Shown: positions 46,541 to 57,575, counted from the first letter of the stretch. The stretch is 64,000 nt of DNA from Woeseiaceae bacterium (GCA_013042375.1 JABDQH010000030.1:16800-80799); one strand, 5' to 3'. Translations and numbers: made by a program. The notes: generated from the sequence alone by a model not told the origin.

Positions 46541-46936
46541 CTAACGGCGGATCAGAACTCGCTTCTCGAAATCCACCACGAACGAGACGTTGGCAATAAA
46601 CGGCGTCTTGTGGGCATAGACTGCGGCGACCTCATGCCCGCCGTCAACCTTGGTAACCGCAACATCCTTGGCTTCGATGACCCCGACGCTGTCAATGTCG
46701 AAACGTCGTGCCAGCGAACTTCGAATCGAGCTGCGGCTCGCGCCCGTGCCGTCGAATTCCTCGTAGACTCCGTTCACGACACCGGCGACTTTCATGTAGT
46801 TGAGATACACGGGCGTCAGACGAAGACCGGCGAAGGCAATCAACGCGAGAAACGCAACGAGAATCACCAGGCCCAGCGTCGTCATGCCGGCCTGGCGCCT
46901 TCTCATCTGCTGTTTATCCTTAAGAATCAGTGTCAT
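46541..46936 (-). CDS. DUF4845 family membrane-anchored protein
   Basis: 131 aa with a single N-terminal TM. Conserved position between lepB and rnc, as in Pseudomonas. Confidence 0.6.
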   Translation of the reverse strand: MTLILKDKQQMRRRQAGMTTLGLVILVAFLALIAFAGLRLTPVYLNYMKVAGVVNGVYEEFDGTGASRSSIRSSLARRFDIDSVGVIEAKDVAVTKVDGGHEVAAVYAHKTPFIANVSFVVDFEKRVLIRR

Positions 46937-47030
46937 ACTGCAATCTCCGTGCGGAAACCGGCGCGCTCGGCACCGCGATATTCCATAATGTACAGGGCTT
47001 TAAAGACGCAAGTCAGTGACTGGCACCACA

Positions 47031-47789
47031 TTATTGGATTTTCGTCCCGATCCGGCCCCAGTCGGGCATGTTCCAGGGCACGAAGTGCATCCACACGCGC
47101 ACGGCCTCGCCAACGAGATACTCCTCGGGAATCGCCCCGATGAAGCGGCTGTCCTTGCTGCTGTCGCGGTTGTCACCCATGACGAAGAAGTGGCCTTCGG
47201 GTACGCGGTAAATATTGTCGCGAATCGAAAATCCCGGGTTTTCGACACGAATCTCGTGCACGCGGCCATCCAGATCCTCGGCATAGACCGGAGCCCCTCG
47301 CGATTCGCCGTCGCCGCCCCGCAGCGCAACGCGCTCGCCGTTGATGGTCAGGCGGTGCCGCTCATAAACGACGGTATCCCCTGGCAGCCCTATGACACGC
47401 TTGATGTAGTTGACGCTCGGGTCCGAGGGCAGTCGAAATACGATGACATCGCCGCGCGCCGGTGAGCCGGTCTCTACGATCTTGGTCTCCGTGACGGGCA
47501 GGCGCAGGCCATACGAGTACTTCTTGACGAAGATAAAGTCGCCTTCGAGCAGGGTCGGCATCATGGAGCCTGACGGAATGCGAAACGGTTCGAAAACAAA
47601 AGACCGAATCACAAGAACGAGCAGCAGCACGGGGAAAAACGAGCGCGAATACTCGACGAGCACGTGTTTTGCACCCGGCTTGTCGCGCGAATCGTCTTCG
47701 CTCGTCTTCCACGCGAATTTGTCGAGCGCGACGACCACGCCCGTGAACACGGTCAGTACCGTCAGGATCAATGCAAGATTCAGTATCAA
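47031..47789 (-). CDS. lepB: Signal peptidase I
   Basis: Catalytic Ser box [10 protein letters not shown], Lys box [22 protein letters not shown]. Confidence 0.92.
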   Translation of the reverse strand: MILNLALILTVLTVFTGVVVALDKFAWKTSEDDSRDKPGAKHVLVEYSRSFFPVLLLVLVIRSFVFEPFRIPSGSMMPTLLEGDFIFVKKYSYGLRLPVTETKIVETGSPARGDVIVFRLPSDPSVNYIKRVIGLPGDTVVYERHRLTINGERVALRGGDGESRGAPVYAEDLDGRVHEIRVENPGFSIRDNIYRVPEGHFFVMGDNRDSSKDSRFIGAIPEEYLVGEAVRVWMHFVPWNMPDWGRIGTKIQ

Positions 47790-47798
47790 CTCACTCTC

Positions 47799-49589
47799 TC
47801 ACTTTTCAACGCGCAGGACCGCCAGGAATGCCTCTTGCGGGATTTCGACAGACCCCACCTGCTTCATGCGCTTCTTGCCGGCTTTCTGCTTTTCGAGCAG
47901 CTTGCGCTTGCGCGAGACATCGCCGCCATAGCACTTGGCGGTGACGTTCTTGCGTAGCGCCTTGACATTGCTGCGCGCGATGATCTGGCTCCCGGCTGCT
48001 GCCTGAATCGCGACATCGAACATCTGGCGAGGGATCAATTCTCGCATTTTTTCGACCAGTTCGCGGCCGCGCATTCGCACATTTTCGGCATGCACGATGA
48101 CCGACAAGGCGTCGACCCGGTCGCCGTTGATCAGTAAGTCCAGGCGCACCAGCTTCGCGGGTTCGAAGCGAAGAAAATGGTAGTCAAATGAGGCGAAGCC
48201 ACGGCTCACCGACTTCAGTCGGTCGAAAAAATCGAGCACGACCTCGGCCATTGGCAGCTCGTACTCGAGCGATACCTGGCCGCCCAGGTAACGCATGTGC
48301 TTTTGTACGCCGCGCTTCTCGACGCACAGCTTGATGACGGCGCCGACGAATTCATCGGGCACCAGAATATTCGCGGCGATGATCGGCTCGCGTAATTCCT
48401 CGATTTCGTTTGCCGGCGGCAACTTGGACGGGTTGTCCACTTGCAGCAATTCGCCCTTGGTCGACGCGACTTCGAACACGACGGTCGGCGCTGTCGTGAT
48501 CAGCTCGAGGTCGTACTCGCGTTCGAGGCGCTCCTGCACGATTTCCATGTGCAGCATGCCGAGGAAGCCACAGCGAAAACCGAACCCCAGTGCGGCCGAG
48601 GTCTCGGGTTCGAAATGCAGGGCCGCGTCGTTGAGGCGCAGCTTCTGCAGCGCCTCGCGAAAACTCTCGTAGTCATCCGAGCTGATCGGGAAAAGGCCGG
48701 CGAACACGCGCGGCTGCACCTGCTTGAATCCCGGCAAAGCGTGTTCGCAGGGCTGGCGGGTCGCGGTCAGTGTGTCGCCGACCGGCGCGCCATAGATATC
48801 CTTGATACCGGCGATGACGAAGCCGACTTCACCCGTGCGCAGTTCGTCGCGATCCTCCATCTTGGGTGTGAATACGCCGACACGGTCGGCGTTGTAGGAG
48901 ATGCCCGTCGACATCACCGTGGTCTTGCTGCGCTTGCCTAGCGAGCCGTTAACGACACGCACGAGGGAGACGACGCCGACGTAGTTGTCGAACCAGGAGT
49001 CGATGATCAGGGCCTGCAATGGGCTATCCGGGTCTCCTTCCGGGGCCGGGATTACGTCCACGAGCTGCTCGAGCAGGTCGTCGACGCCGGCTCCCGTTTT
49101 CGCGCTGACGCGGATCGCATCCTGGGCATCGATGCCGATGATGTCTTCGATCTCGGCGACCACCTTGTCGGGTTCCGCTGCCGGCAGGTCGATCTTGTTC
49201 AGCACCGGCAGCACCTCGAGGCCCTGGTCGATCGCCGTGATGCAATTCGCGACGCTCTGTGCCTCGACGCCTTGCGCCGCATCGACAACCAGCAGCGCGC
49301 CTTCACAGGCTGCCAGCGAGCGGGATACCTCGTAAGAGAAGTCCACATGACCCGGCGTGTCGATGAAATTGAGCTGGTAGGCCTGGCCGTCCCGCGCCGT
49401 GTACTCGAGCGACACGCTCTGCGCCTTGATCGTAATGCCTCGCTCTCGTTCGAGGTCCATCGAATCGAGCACCTGTTCCGCCATCTCTCGCTCCGCCAGG
49501 CCGCCGCACATCTGGATGAAGCGGTCGGCCAGCGTCGACTTGCCGTGGTCGATGTGCGCGATGATCGAAAAATTGCGGATATGCTTCAT
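47799..49589 (-). CDS. lepA: Elongation factor 4 (LepA)
   Basis: [23 protein letters not shown]..., 596 aa, full-length LepA. Confidence 0.96.
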   Translation of the reverse strand: MKHIRNFSIIAHIDHGKSTLADRFIQMCGGLAEREMAEQVLDSMDLERERGITIKAQSVSLEYTARDGQAYQLNFIDTPGHVDFSYEVSRSLAACEGALLVVDAAQGVEAQSVANCITAIDQGLEVLPVLNKIDLPAAEPDKVVAEIEDIIGIDAQDAIRVSAKTGAGVDDLLEQLVDVIPAPEGDPDSPLQALIIDSWFDNYVGVVSLVRVVNGSLGKRSKTTVMSTGISYNADRVGVFTPKMEDRDELRTGEVGFVIAGIKDIYGAPVGDTLTATRQPCEHALPGFKQVQPRVFAGLFPISSDDYESFREALQKLRLNDAALHFEPETSAALGFGFRCGFLGMLHMEIVQERLEREYDLELITTAPTVVFEVASTKGELLQVDNPSKLPPANEIEELREPIIAANILVPDEFVGAVIKLCVEKRGVQKHMRYLGGQVSLEYELPMAEVVLDFFDRLKSVSRGFASFDYHFLRFEPAKLVRLDLLINGDRVDALSVIVHAENVRMRGRELVEKMRELIPRQMFDVAIQAAAGSQIIARSNVKALRKNVTAKCYGGDVSRKRKLLEKQKAGKKRMKQVGSVEIPQEAFLAVLRVEK

Positions 49590-49639
49590 TGGCGGGGCTA
49601 TACGGGCGCTTGAAAAGAGGGCCCGCAGGCGTGCGGAAA

Positions 49640-49873
49640 TCAGCCGCGGAGTATACCTGCAATCGCCTTGCGATCGAGGAAATGCCGACAGACGATTTCA
49701 TCGGCGAATTCGACTACCGGCACGTCGGCCGAGAACGTCGCTCGCCAGGCCGGGTCGCTGTCGATATCGCGCACCTCGAGCGCCAGCCGTCCTTCCACGA
49801 GCGGCAGCAACTCCTCGATGAGCACCTCGCACAGGTGGCAGCCGCGCCGGCTATAGACGACCAGGGTCTCCAT
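49640..49873 (-). CDS. Glutaredoxin-like small protein (DUF836-type)
   Basis: 77 aa from ATG 49873; CHLC redox motif in a thioredoxin-fold context ([12 protein letters not shown]). Confidence 0.6.
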   Translation of the reverse strand: METLVVYSRRGCHLCEVLIEELLPLVEGRLALEVRDIDSDPAWRATFSADVPVVEFADEIVCRHFLDRKAIAGILRG

Positions 49874-49874
49874 G

Positions 49875-50327
49875 TCAGCCGGCCCCGGCGATCCGCGACG
49901 TCGCGATCGGCGTGAAACGATGCGGGCAGGCAGTCCGGCGCAGGCGACCACGCGCCACCAGCATTCCGGCGCCGATACCGGCCAGTGCTGCCAGCGCCGC
50001 GCCAAGATCGCCGGCATTTGCGAGGTAGGCCGCGCCGGCCCCCAGAACAGCGCCAGCAAGCGGCAAGCCGTAGACGATTAGCGATGCGCCGAGGATATCG
50101 GCGGGCGCAAGATCGACGCGGACGCGATCTCCTGCGCGCAGTTCCAGGCCGGGCGCAAGCCGTACCTCGATCTTGCGCGGCCCGCCATCGGGACCCGCGA
50201 TGCCTGCCCCGCAACCCTTGCCCGCGGCGCAACGAGCGCAGCGCAGCGGGGCCGTGATTTCGACCACGGCGCACACCGGTTCCCTGTCGTCGTGAATGGA
50301 AAGAATGCGGCCTTGCGGGCTATCCAT
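49875..50327 (-). CDS. rseC: RseC/MucC family protein
   Basis: 150 aa; N-terminal Cys-containing domain (CxxCAAGKGCG), two C-terminal TMs; follows rseB. Confidence 0.65.
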   Translation of the reverse strand: MDSPQGRILSIHDDREPVCAVVEITAPLRCARCAAGKGCGAGIAGPDGGPRKIEVRLAPGLELRAGDRVRVDLAPADILGASLIVYGLPLAGAVLGAGAAYLANAGDLGAALAALAGIGAGMLVARGRLRRTACPHRFTPIATSRIAGAG

Positions 50328-50336
50328 GCCGGATCG

Positions 50337-51311
50337 TCAGCGCGGCAACATTGTCGTCGCGATCTGCTCGACCGTCAGTGCAGGCACTTCGCCGACGGCC
50401 GTGACACGGTGCCCGTCTATCACGGCGCTGAAGGAATTCGACGCGCCGACCTGCGACGAACCGTTGGCGCCGTCGTCCGTCAGCGGGGCGATGAACACGG
50501 ACACATTGGCGAGTCCGTCACTGTAGAGAATATGCGTGGTCACGCCATCGCTACCCGGCAACTCCTCACCGTGTGCGGAGATCGTGCGAAATCCGCGTGG
50601 CAGGTCGGCCGAATGCCAGCCGGTTTCGATACTGTGGCCGACGTGCCGCCGCGGATGGTTGATCCAGCGAAATGCCGACGTATCGACGGTTGGCGCAAGC
50701 ATGTCCGGATCGATGTCGGTGCCCAGACGGATGTCGGCGAACTTGACCTGTTCGATCGCCTCACCGTCGACACCGACGAGCTGCGTTTGCAGCGGAAACG
50801 CGGTATCGACGTCAAGCCACAGGCGGTATCCATACCGATAGTCGTCGTGCGGGCGAATGGCGACGAGCATGGCACGACGTCCCGCCACGCGCTCCTCTCG
50901 AACAAGTGACACATCGTACTCGCTGCCGAAGCGCACCTCGCTCGTAGGCAGCGTGGAAAACAGGGTCGACTCGTCGCTCCATTCCTCGACGAGGACGGAC
51001 TTTCTATCCGGCAGGATGCTGTGCACCTCGTTGCCGTGGCGGATGATCTCGAGGCCGTTGCCCTCCTGCGCGACCAGCTTCTCGCGCACCACACCGCCGC
51101 TGACCGTGTGCATGACCTTTAGTGCTTCCGCCTTGCCATTCTGCATGCGGATCACCGTGCCCTCGTAACTCGTTTGCTGCACTGCCGCGCTCATGCGCGT
51201 CAGCCAGTCGTTGGGTTCGATGCGTTCGGCCTGCGCCGTCGCAGAGAAGCTCAGCTGCCCCGCGAGCAAGACGGGCCAGGCGAGGCTCTTGATCCCGGAG
51301 ATTCGCATCAA
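50337..51311 (-). CDS. rseB: Sigma-E regulatory protein RseB/MucB
   Basis: Signal peptide; WLTRMSAAVQQTSYEGTVI motif typical of RseB. Confidence 0.82.
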   Translation of the reverse strand: MMRISGIKSLAWPVLLAGQLSFSATAQAERIEPNDWLTRMSAAVQQTSYEGTVIRMQNGKAEALKVMHTVSGGVVREKLVAQEGNGLEIIRHGNEVHSILPDRKSVLVEEWSDESTLFSTLPTSEVRFGSEYDVSLVREERVAGRRAMLVAIRPHDDYRYGYRLWLDVDTAFPLQTQLVGVDGEAIEQVKFADIRLGTDIDPDMLAPTVDTSAFRWINHPRRHVGHSIETGWHSADLPRGFRTISAHGEELPGSDGVTTHILYSDGLANVSVFIAPLTDDGANGSSQVGASNSFSAVIDGHRVTAVGEVPALTVEQIATTMLPR

Positions 51312-51895
51312 GGCTGCGTCGGTTCGTCTGCCGTCGTTTCGTCCGCGGCGGCGTCCTGATCCTCTTCCTCGACGAGGAGTTCTTCGCTAAGGCGCAGGGT
51401 TACGAGCCTCGCATTGACGCTGTTCGCGCCCGACGACGCTCCGTGACTCAGGTAATACTGGCGCAGCTGGCCGTCGATTCGCTCGGGGACCGTGTAGCCG
51501 GCGTCGTCCGCCGCTTCGACGACCGCTTCGTCCAGAGCTGTCGCGCTATCGACGCCCGGCGTCAGCTGCAAGCCGAACAATGCGATCAGCGCAACCGAGG
51601 CCGCCACCGCAACACCGACCAAAGGCCGCAGCGCGCTGCCCTTCTGCGTGTCCGGCGAAACTTCGCTGTCGTCTTCCGGTCTGCCATCGATACCCGCTGC
51701 AATACGCTCGCGCAGACGCTCTATGCCGGGCGCGCTGCCTTCGCCGCGCATGATGCGCCCGAGCTCGAGAAACTCGGCCGCCTCGCGGCGCAAACCGGCG
51801 TCCTGGCTCATGCGTCGCAGCAGCATCCCGGCTTCGCTATCCGAAAGCTCACCATCCACATACGCTGAAATTTGCATTCTTATTGCGTCATTCAT
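51308..51895 (-). CDS. rseA: Anti-sigma-E factor RseA/MucA
   Basis: ATG at 51895 gives MNDAIRMQISAYVDGELSDSE (RseA N-domain); central TM. ATGA-type overlap with rseB. Confidence 0.78.
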   Translation of the reverse strand: MNDAIRMQISAYVDGELSDSEAGMLLRRMSQDAGLRREAAEFLELGRIMRGEGSAPGIERLRERIAAGIDGRPEDDSEVSPDTQKGSALRPLVGVAVAASVALIALFGLQLTPGVDSATALDEAVVEAADDAGYTVPERIDGQLRQYYLSHGASSGANSVNARLVTLRLSEELLVEEEDQDAAADETTADEPTQP

Positions 51896-51921
51896 ACTCC
51901 ACCCGCCGGGCACTCATGCCC

Positions 51922-52500
51922 TCAAGACCTTGTCAACGGACCGACTTTCTTGCCGATCGCATCGCGTGCCCGGAAGATCCTCGATCGTACGGTTCCGACC
52001 GGGCACTCCATGGTCTGTGCTATCTCTTCGTAGCTCATGCCTTCGAGCTCGCGCAGGATGATCGCCGTTCGGAGGTCTTCCGGCAGCGCCGCGATGGCAC
52101 GTTCTATGGTTTGTCTCAACTCATTGCTGAGCGTCACGCCTTCCGGCGTATCCGTTTCCTTCAATTTCGCATGCAGGTCGTACTGTTCCGGGTCCTGCAG
52201 GTCCAGCTCGATGTCCATCGGCCGCCGACGCTGTGCGGCCAGGTGATTCTTGGCCGTATTCACTGCGATTCGATACATCCAGGTATAGAAGGCACTGTCA
52301 CCGCGGAACCGCGGCAAAGCACGATATGCCTTGATGAACGCCTCTTGCGTAATGTCCAGCGCCAGCTCAGGGTCACGCACATATCGCATCACCAAATTCA
52401 CGATCTTCTGCTGGTACTTGAGCACCAGCACGTCAAACGCGCCCTTGTCACCTTTCTGGACCCGTTTGACCAGGGTCTTGTCAGACGACCGATCCGACAT
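51922..52500 (-). CDS. rpoE: ECF sigma factor RpoE (sigma-24/AlgU type)
   Basis: LVKRVQKGDKGAFDVLVLKYQQKI..., region 2 and region 4 motifs. The ATG at 52500 is the second codon of the ORF-track entry. Confidence 0.92.
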   Translation of the reverse strand: MSDRSSDKTLVKRVQKGDKGAFDVLVLKYQQKIVNLVMRYVRDPELALDITQEAFIKAYRALPRFRGDSAFYTWMYRIAVNTAKNHLAAQRRRPMDIELDLQDPEQYDLHAKLKETDTPEGVTLSNELRQTIERAIAALPEDLRTAIILRELEGMSYEEIAQTMECPVGTVRSRIFRARDAIGKKVGPLTRS

Positions 52501-52520
52501 CACAGCCTGCCGACACCCGG

Positions 52521-52547
52521 ATAGACCGGTGCGGGGGCGATTAGTTC
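52521..52547 (-). promoter_or_regulatory. Candidate sigma-E-dependent autoregulated promoter of rpoE
   Basis: Minus strand reads GAACTA-N16-TCTAT; the consensus as I recall it is GAACTT-N16/17-TCTGA. The -10 element ends 20 nt before the ATG. Confidence 0.35.
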
Positions 52548-52656
52548 GCGAATATCGGCCTTATTCATCTTTGTTTTGTGACGCATTTCCATGGCGCCGA
52601 TCCAGGGCGGTGCCCCACTCACCGCGTGTACGAATTTTCCTTGAGCAATGAGCATG

Positions 52657-53049
52657 TTAGCAGCTTGAGGCCGGTGCTCCAATGTGCCGCCAAATGACCT
52701 GCAGCCGGCGCCAGTCCTGCGACTCGCGGCACCGCCCGCGCAGTAGCTCGACTGCGATCCGGCCGGATGTCGTCCTGTAGCGCAGCCAGCCCCAGCGCCG
52801 CAGCAACACGCCACCCGGTGCCAGGACCGCCTGCCGCCATGTTCCATCCGGCCCGCGCACGGCCATGTCGCCACTGGAACCGACACGCAGACCACGGCAT
52901 GCCGACCACGACCGCAACAACTGTCGCAGCCGCGCGATCATAAGGGACGACCAGAACACCATGCCGGCGCCGATCAGCGCTGTCGGAAACGGCAGTGTCG
53001 CAATCACGGCCACGCCCGTGAGACCCGACGCGACGCCGGATGCCAGCAC
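52657..53049 (-). CDS. ygfX: YgfX/CptA-like two-TM inner membrane protein (start uncertain)
   Basis: Two TM helices followed by an Arg/Trp-rich cytoplasmic tail. Immediately downstream of sdhE, as in E. coli ygfY-ygfX. GTG at 53049 chosen; the ORF-track TTG at 53172 would overlap sdhE by about 100 nt. Confidence 0.5.
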   Translation of the reverse strand: MLASGVASGLTGVAVIATLPFPTALIGAGMVFWSSLMIARLRQLLRSWSACRGLRVGSSGDMAVRGPDGTWRQAVLAPGGVLLRRWGWLRYRTTSGRIAVELLRGRCRESQDWRRLQVIWRHIGAPASSC

Positions 53050-53068
53050 GACCCCGCGCAGCGCGGGG

Positions 53069-53311
53069 TCAGGTTTGAACTCGGCCGAGTATGCGTTCGA
53101 TGGCACGCGCGAGCGACTCCGAAGACGGCGTTTGCCGTTGCAACAGGTAGGCGTTGAGCTCGGGATCGGCAAGCGTCAGAACTTCGCGAAACGCCGCCTT
53201 ATCCGCATCGGAATCGTCCTCGTAGTGACGCTCGAGGTAGCGCACCAACAGCTCATCGAGCTCGCGCATGCCCCTCCGACACTGCCACCTGAGCCGCGAA
53301 TGCTCGCTCAA
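53069..53311 (-). CDS. sdhE: FAD assembly factor SdhE (YgfY)
   Basis: 80 aa; [13 protein letters not shown] with the RGxxE motif. ATGA overlap with sdhB. Confidence 0.87.
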   Translation of the reverse strand: MSEHSRLRWQCRRGMRELDELLVRYLERHYEDDSDADKAAFREVLTLADPELNAYLLQRQTPSSESLARAIERILGRVQT

Positions 53312-54090
53312 TACTTACGCGCCGCGAGCATCTTCTTGGTCTCGGCGATGGCGAGGGCGGGATTGAGATTCTTTGGGCATGTCTGCGTGCAGTTCATGAT
53401 CGTATGGCAGCGATACAGCCGGAACGGGTCTTCCAGTTCGTCGAGTCGTTCGCCCGTCGCCTCGTCGCGCGTATCGACGAGCCAGCGATAAGCGGCCAGC
53501 AACGCTGCCGGCCCGAGATAACGGTCGGAATTCCACCAGTAGCTCGGGCAACTCGTCGAGCAACAGGCGCACAGGATACAAGCCGACGGCTCGTTGATGA
53601 GTTCCTGGTCTTCCTTGGACTGCAGCCGCTCGGAATCCGGGGGCGGCGGCGTGCGCGCCTGCAACCACGGCTTGATCGAGGCGTATTGCGCATAAAAATT
53701 GGTCAGGTCCGTGACCAGGTCCTTGACGACCGGCATGTGCGGCAACGGGTAGATCTTTACATCGCCACTGACTTCGTCGTTGGCGCGCGTGCAGGCCAGC
53801 GTATTGCCGCCATCGATGTTCATGGCGCAGGAACCGCAGATCCCCTCCCGGCAGGAGCGCCGGAATGTCAGGGTCGGGTCGATCTCGTTCTTGATCTTGA
53901 TCAAGGCATCGAGAACCATCGGGCCGCAGCTGTCCATGTCGAGTTCGTAGGTGTCAACGCGCGGGTTTTCGCCCGTGGATGGGTCGTAGCGATACACCGC
54001 AAACGTACGCGTGTTACCTGAACCATTGGCCGCGTCGAAGTGCTTGCCGCGGGTAATGCGCGAGTTCTTTGGGAGTCGGAATTCAGCCAT
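53308..54090 (-). CDS. sdhB: Succinate dehydrogenase iron-sulfur subunit
   Basis: Three Cys clusters ([35 protein letters not shown]). Confidence 0.96.
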   Translation of the reverse strand: MAEFRLPKNSRITRGKHFDAANGSGNTRTFAVYRYDPSTGENPRVDTYELDMDSCGPMVLDALIKIKNEIDPTLTFRRSCREGICGSCAMNIDGGNTLACTRANDEVSGDVKIYPLPHMPVVKDLVTDLTNFYAQYASIKPWLQARTPPPPDSERLQSKEDQELINEPSACILCACCSTSCPSYWWNSDRYLGPAALLAAYRWLVDTRDEATGERLDELEDPFRLYRCHTIMNCTQTCPKNLNPALAIAETKKMLAARKY

Positions 54091-54101
54091 CGTCGGTCTC
54101 C

Positions 54102-55886
54102 CTAGTAGACGCGCGCCTTGGGCGCGATGTACTCGACTTCATCGGTCAGCGTCTCGTTGTGCACGGGACGGTAGTCGATGCGCACATCGCCGGGCCCGCC
54201 GACCCAGGTCAGCGTGTGCTTCATCCACTCCGCGTCGTCGCGAACGGGATAATCCTCGCGCGCGTGCGCACCCCGGCTCTCGAGACGATTCGCCGCCGAC
54301 TCGATGGTCGCGGCGGCGTTGAGCAACAGGTTCTCGAGCTCCATGGTCTCGACGAGGTCGGTATTCCAGACCATCGAGCGATCGCTGACGCCGACGTCGG
54401 CGAACGAGGCGTAGGTCTTGCGCAGCAGTTCCACGCCCTCGTCGAGCACCTCGCCGGTTCGGAACACGGCCGCATGGCCCTGCATGATCCTCTGCATTTC
54501 GAGGCGAATTTCCGCCGTTGGGCGAGGGCCGTCGGCATTGCGAAGCTTGTCGATGCGTGCGACGGAATCCTCACCGGCGCCGTCGGGCAATGGCTTGTGG
54601 CGCGTACCCGGCGTCATCGTCTCGGCACAGAAGTGCGCGGCGGCGCGGCCGAAAACGACGAGATCGAGCAGCGAGTTCGAGCCGAGGCGATTGGCGCCGT
54701 GCACGGATACGCAGGCCGCCTCGCCCACGGCCATGAGGCCCTCGACGACGCTTTCCGCGTCTTCGCCGTCCTTCGTCACGACCTGGCCGTTGAAGTTGGC
54801 CGGGATGCCGCCCATGTTGTAGTGCACGGTCGGCAGGACCGGAATCGGCTCCTTGTTGACGTCCACGCCGGCGAAAATTCGGGCCGACTCGGCGATGCCG
54901 GGCAGGCGCTCTTCGATGACTTCGGGGCCGAGGTGCTCGAGGTGCAGGTAGATGTGGTCCTTGTCCGGCCCTACGCCCCGCCCTTCGCGGATTTCGATCG
55001 TCATGGACCGCGACACGACGTCGCGCGACGCGAGGTCCTTGGCATTCGGCGCATAACGCTCCATGAAGCGCTCGCCCTCGGAATTCGTCAGGTACCCGCC
55101 CTCGCCGCGCGATCCTTCGGTAATCAGGCAGCCCGCACCGTAGATGCCGGTGGGGTGAAACTGCACAAACTCCATGTCCTGCACCGGCAGGCCCGCCCGC
55201 AACACCATGGCGCTGCCGTCGCCCGTGCACGTGTGTGCCGAGGTACATGAGAAGTAGGCCCGCCCGTAGCCGCCTGTCGCCAGGATCACCTGGTGCGAAC
55301 GGAAGCGGTGCAGCCGCCCTGTTGCCAGGTCGATCGCCACGACACCGCGGCACCGGCCATCTTCCATGATCAGGTCGACGGCGAAGTACTCGATGTAGAA
55401 CTCGGCATCGTGCTTGAGCGATTGCTGGTAGAGCGTATGCAGCATCGCGTGCCCGGTGCGGTCGGCCGCCGCGCAGGTGCGCTGGGCTGTGCCTTCGCCG
55501 AAATGCGTGGTCATTCCGCCGAAGGGGCGCTGATAGATCTTGCCGTCCTCGGTCCGCGAGAACGGCACGCCGTAGTGCTCGAGCTCGATAATGGCATCCG
55601 GCGCTTCCTTGCACATGTATTCGATGGCGTCCTGGTCGCCGAGCCAGTCGGAGCCTTTGACCGTGTCGTACATGTGCCAGCGCCAGTCGTCCTCGCCCAT
55701 GTTGCCGAGTGCGGCCGAGATACCACCCTGCGCCGCCACCGTATGGCTGCGGGTCGGGAAGACCTTCGTAATACACGCGGTATCGAAGCCGGCGTTCGCG
55801 AGGCCGAATGTCGCGCGCAAACCGGCGCCGCCGGCGCCAATCACGACGACGTCGTAGCTGTGATCGATGAATTCGTAGTCGCTCAT
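54102..55886 (-). CDS. sdhA: Succinate dehydrogenase flavoprotein subunit
   Basis: ATG at 55886 ([25 protein letters not shown]); FAD-attachment site [10 protein letters not shown]. The ORF-track 697-aa extension is an artefact. Confidence 0.96.
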   Translation of the reverse strand: MSDYEFIDHSYDVVVIGAGGAGLRATFGLANAGFDTACITKVFPTRSHTVAAQGGISAALGNMGEDDWRWHMYDTVKGSDWLGDQDAIEYMCKEAPDAIIELEHYGVPFSRTEDGKIYQRPFGGMTTHFGEGTAQRTCAAADRTGHAMLHTLYQQSLKHDAEFYIEYFAVDLIMEDGRCRGVVAIDLATGRLHRFRSHQVILATGGYGRAYFSCTSAHTCTGDGSAMVLRAGLPVQDMEFVQFHPTGIYGAGCLITEGSRGEGGYLTNSEGERFMERYAPNAKDLASRDVVSRSMTIEIREGRGVGPDKDHIYLHLEHLGPEVIEERLPGIAESARIFAGVDVNKEPIPVLPTVHYNMGGIPANFNGQVVTKDGEDAESVVEGLMAVGEAACVSVHGANRLGSNSLLDLVVFGRAAAHFCAETMTPGTRHKPLPDGAGEDSVARIDKLRNADGPRPTAEIRLEMQRIMQGHAAVFRTGEVLDEGVELLRKTYASFADVGVSDRSMVWNTDLVETMELENLLLNAAATIESAANRLESRGAHAREDYPVRDDAEWMKHTLTWVGGPGDVRIDYRPVHNETLTDEVEYIAPKARVY

Positions 55887-56263
55887 GCGCCGATTCCGAG
55901 TCTCAGGATGGCATACAGGCCCACGACCGCGAGGAACACGTGCGCGAAGCGGGACAGGACGAGAGAGGCGATCTTCAGGCCGTGCCCGTGCACATAGTCT
56001 TCGATCACGACCTGGACGCCGAGGTAGGAGTGATACGCCATCGTGACGGTCAGCAGCATGAGCAGGACCGCGTGCAGCGGTTCGCCGATGAACGCCGCGG
56101 CGTCTGCGTGCGCGTACCCGGGCATGCCGGCGATCGCGACAGCGAACCAGAGCCCGAGGATGGCCAGTGCCGCGCCGGACACGCGCTGCCCCCACCAGTG
56201 CGAGGTACCGTCTTTCGCGGTGCCGAGCCCCAGAACCCGCCCGAGCGGCGACCGCAGGCTCAC
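55883..56263 (-). CDS. sdhD: Succinate dehydrogenase membrane anchor subunit SdhD
   Basis: GTG at 56263 overlapping the sdhC stop (GTGA) gives (M)[23 protein letters not shown], typical of non-enteric SdhD; three TMs. Confidence 0.85.
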   Translation of the reverse strand: MSLRSPLGRVLGLGTAKDGTSHWWGQRVSGAALAILGLWFAVAIAGMPGYAHADAAAFIGEPLHAVLLMLLTVTMAYHSYLGVQVVIEDYVHGHGLKIASLVLSRFAHVFLAVVGLYAILRLGIGA

Positions 56264-56637
56264 GAGAGCACCATCCAGAACACGGCGGTCAGGACGACGG
56301 ACGCCGCGATGACGAACCATGCCGAAGCCGTTGCCTGGCCCTTCTCGAGACCCCTGCCGGTATCCCATACGAGGTGACGGATACCGTTGGCGAGGTGATA
56401 GAAGAACGCCCAGCTCCAGCCGACCAGCAGGATTCGGCCGACCGTGGAACCCATCACGGCCGCGAGCGCGGCATAAGCACCGGGCCCGTTGGCCGTATTG
56501 GCCAGCCAGAAGACAAGCAGTGCGAAACCCGCGGCCATGGCGATACCTGTCGCGCGATGCAGGATCGACGACACCATCGTCACCGGCCAGCGGTAGATCG
56601 AGATGTGTGGCGACAGTGGCCTGTCGTTATTATTCAT
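56260..56637 (-). CDS. sdhC: Succinate dehydrogenase cytochrome b556 subunit SdhC
   Basis: 125 aa; [12 protein letters not shown] motif; three TMs. Confidence 0.87.
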   Translation of the reverse strand: MNNNDRPLSPHISIYRWPVTMVSSILHRATGIAMAAGFALLVFWLANTANGPGAYAALAAVMGSTVGRILLVGWSWAFFYHLANGIRHLVWDTGRGLEKGQATASAWFVIAASVVLTAVFWMVLS

Positions 56638-56652
56638 GTGACCGCTTCTTGA

Positions 56653-56841
56653 TCAAAAGTCGATGCAGCGCCCGGCCTTTTCCCAGTCGCCGTAGCGTGT
56701 CGGGTCCAAGCCACCACGACCGCCGATCTCGCGCGGCCGCTGGGCCGGACGATCTGCGACCTCGCCTGCGGTATCATCGCTCTCCGGGACGTCCGGTCGG
56801 GCATTCTCCGCAGCGGTGTTTTCGGGGTCTTCGAGCGCCAT
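56653..56841 (-). CDS. DUF1674 (SDHAF4-like) small protein
   Basis: 62 aa; C-terminal EIGGRGGLDPTRYGDWEKAGRCIDF matches the DUF1674/SDHAF4 signature. Sits directly upstream of sdhC. Confidence 0.7.
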   Translation of the reverse strand: MALEDPENTAAENARPDVPESDDTAGEVADRPAQRPREIGGRGGLDPTRYGDWEKAGRCIDF

Positions 56842-56903
56842 GGCGAGGAGTATGCCAGAGCCTTCGAATAGCTGCAGTATTTGCTTACCAACCGTTACAA
56901 ATC

Positions 56904-57575
56904 ATGAATATCGCAACGATAAGAATCACGGGAGAGGACGCCTTCGACTTCCTCCAGGGCCAGTTGACCAACGACTTGCGTCGGCTCGAGAATGAAGCCG
57001 AAATTCTCGCCGCCTGGTGCAATCCCAAGGGCCGCGTGATCTGGTTCGGGACGGTGGCACGGATCGACGACGGCTACGCAATGTCGGTGCTCGCGGATAT
57101 GGCCGGGGATATCGTCAGGCGCCTGACGCTGTTCCGGTTTCGTTCCAGGGTCGACTTCGAGATTGTCGACGAGGGCCGGACGGTCGAGCCGTCATTCCAG
57201 GTTGATAACGGGTTCCCCTCGATCGGCGCGAAGCAGTCCGAACAATTCACGCCGCACATGCTGAACCTCGACCTGCTCGACGCCGTCAGCTTCGACAAGG
57301 GCTGTTACACGGGTCAGGAGATCGTCGCTCGCACTCATTACAAGGGCGCGACCAAGCGCCGCACTTTGAGGTTCGCGTGCGACGGTGCGGTCGCCGCGGG
57401 CGATAAGGTGACGCTCGGCGAGCGTGCGGTCGGCGAAGTCCTGAACGTCGCAGGCAGTGTCTTGCTCGCCGTCGTACCTACCGACGTCGTCGACGGGCTC
57501 ACGGCCGGCGCCGTTACGCTCCGGCACCGACCGCTGCCCTATCTCGAGGATGTCAGCCGCTCAGGGAGCCGGTAA
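56904..57575 (+). CDS. ygfZ: YgfZ/CAF17-family folate-binding protein (short form)
   Basis: ATG at 56904; ITGEDAFDFLQGQLTNDL and the KGCYTGQEIVAR signature. 223 aa is shorter than E. coli YgfZ. Confidence 0.7.
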   Translation: MNIATIRITGEDAFDFLQGQLTNDLRRLENEAEILAAWCNPKGRVIWFGTVARIDDGYAMSVLADMAGDIVRRLTLFRFRSRVDFEIVDEGRTVEPSFQVDNGFPSIGAKQSEQFTPHMLNLDLLDAVSFDKGCYTGQEIVARTHYKGATKRRTLRFACDGAVAAGDKVTLGERAVGEVLNVAGSVLLAVVPTDVVDGLTAGAVTLRHRPLPYLEDVSRSGSR

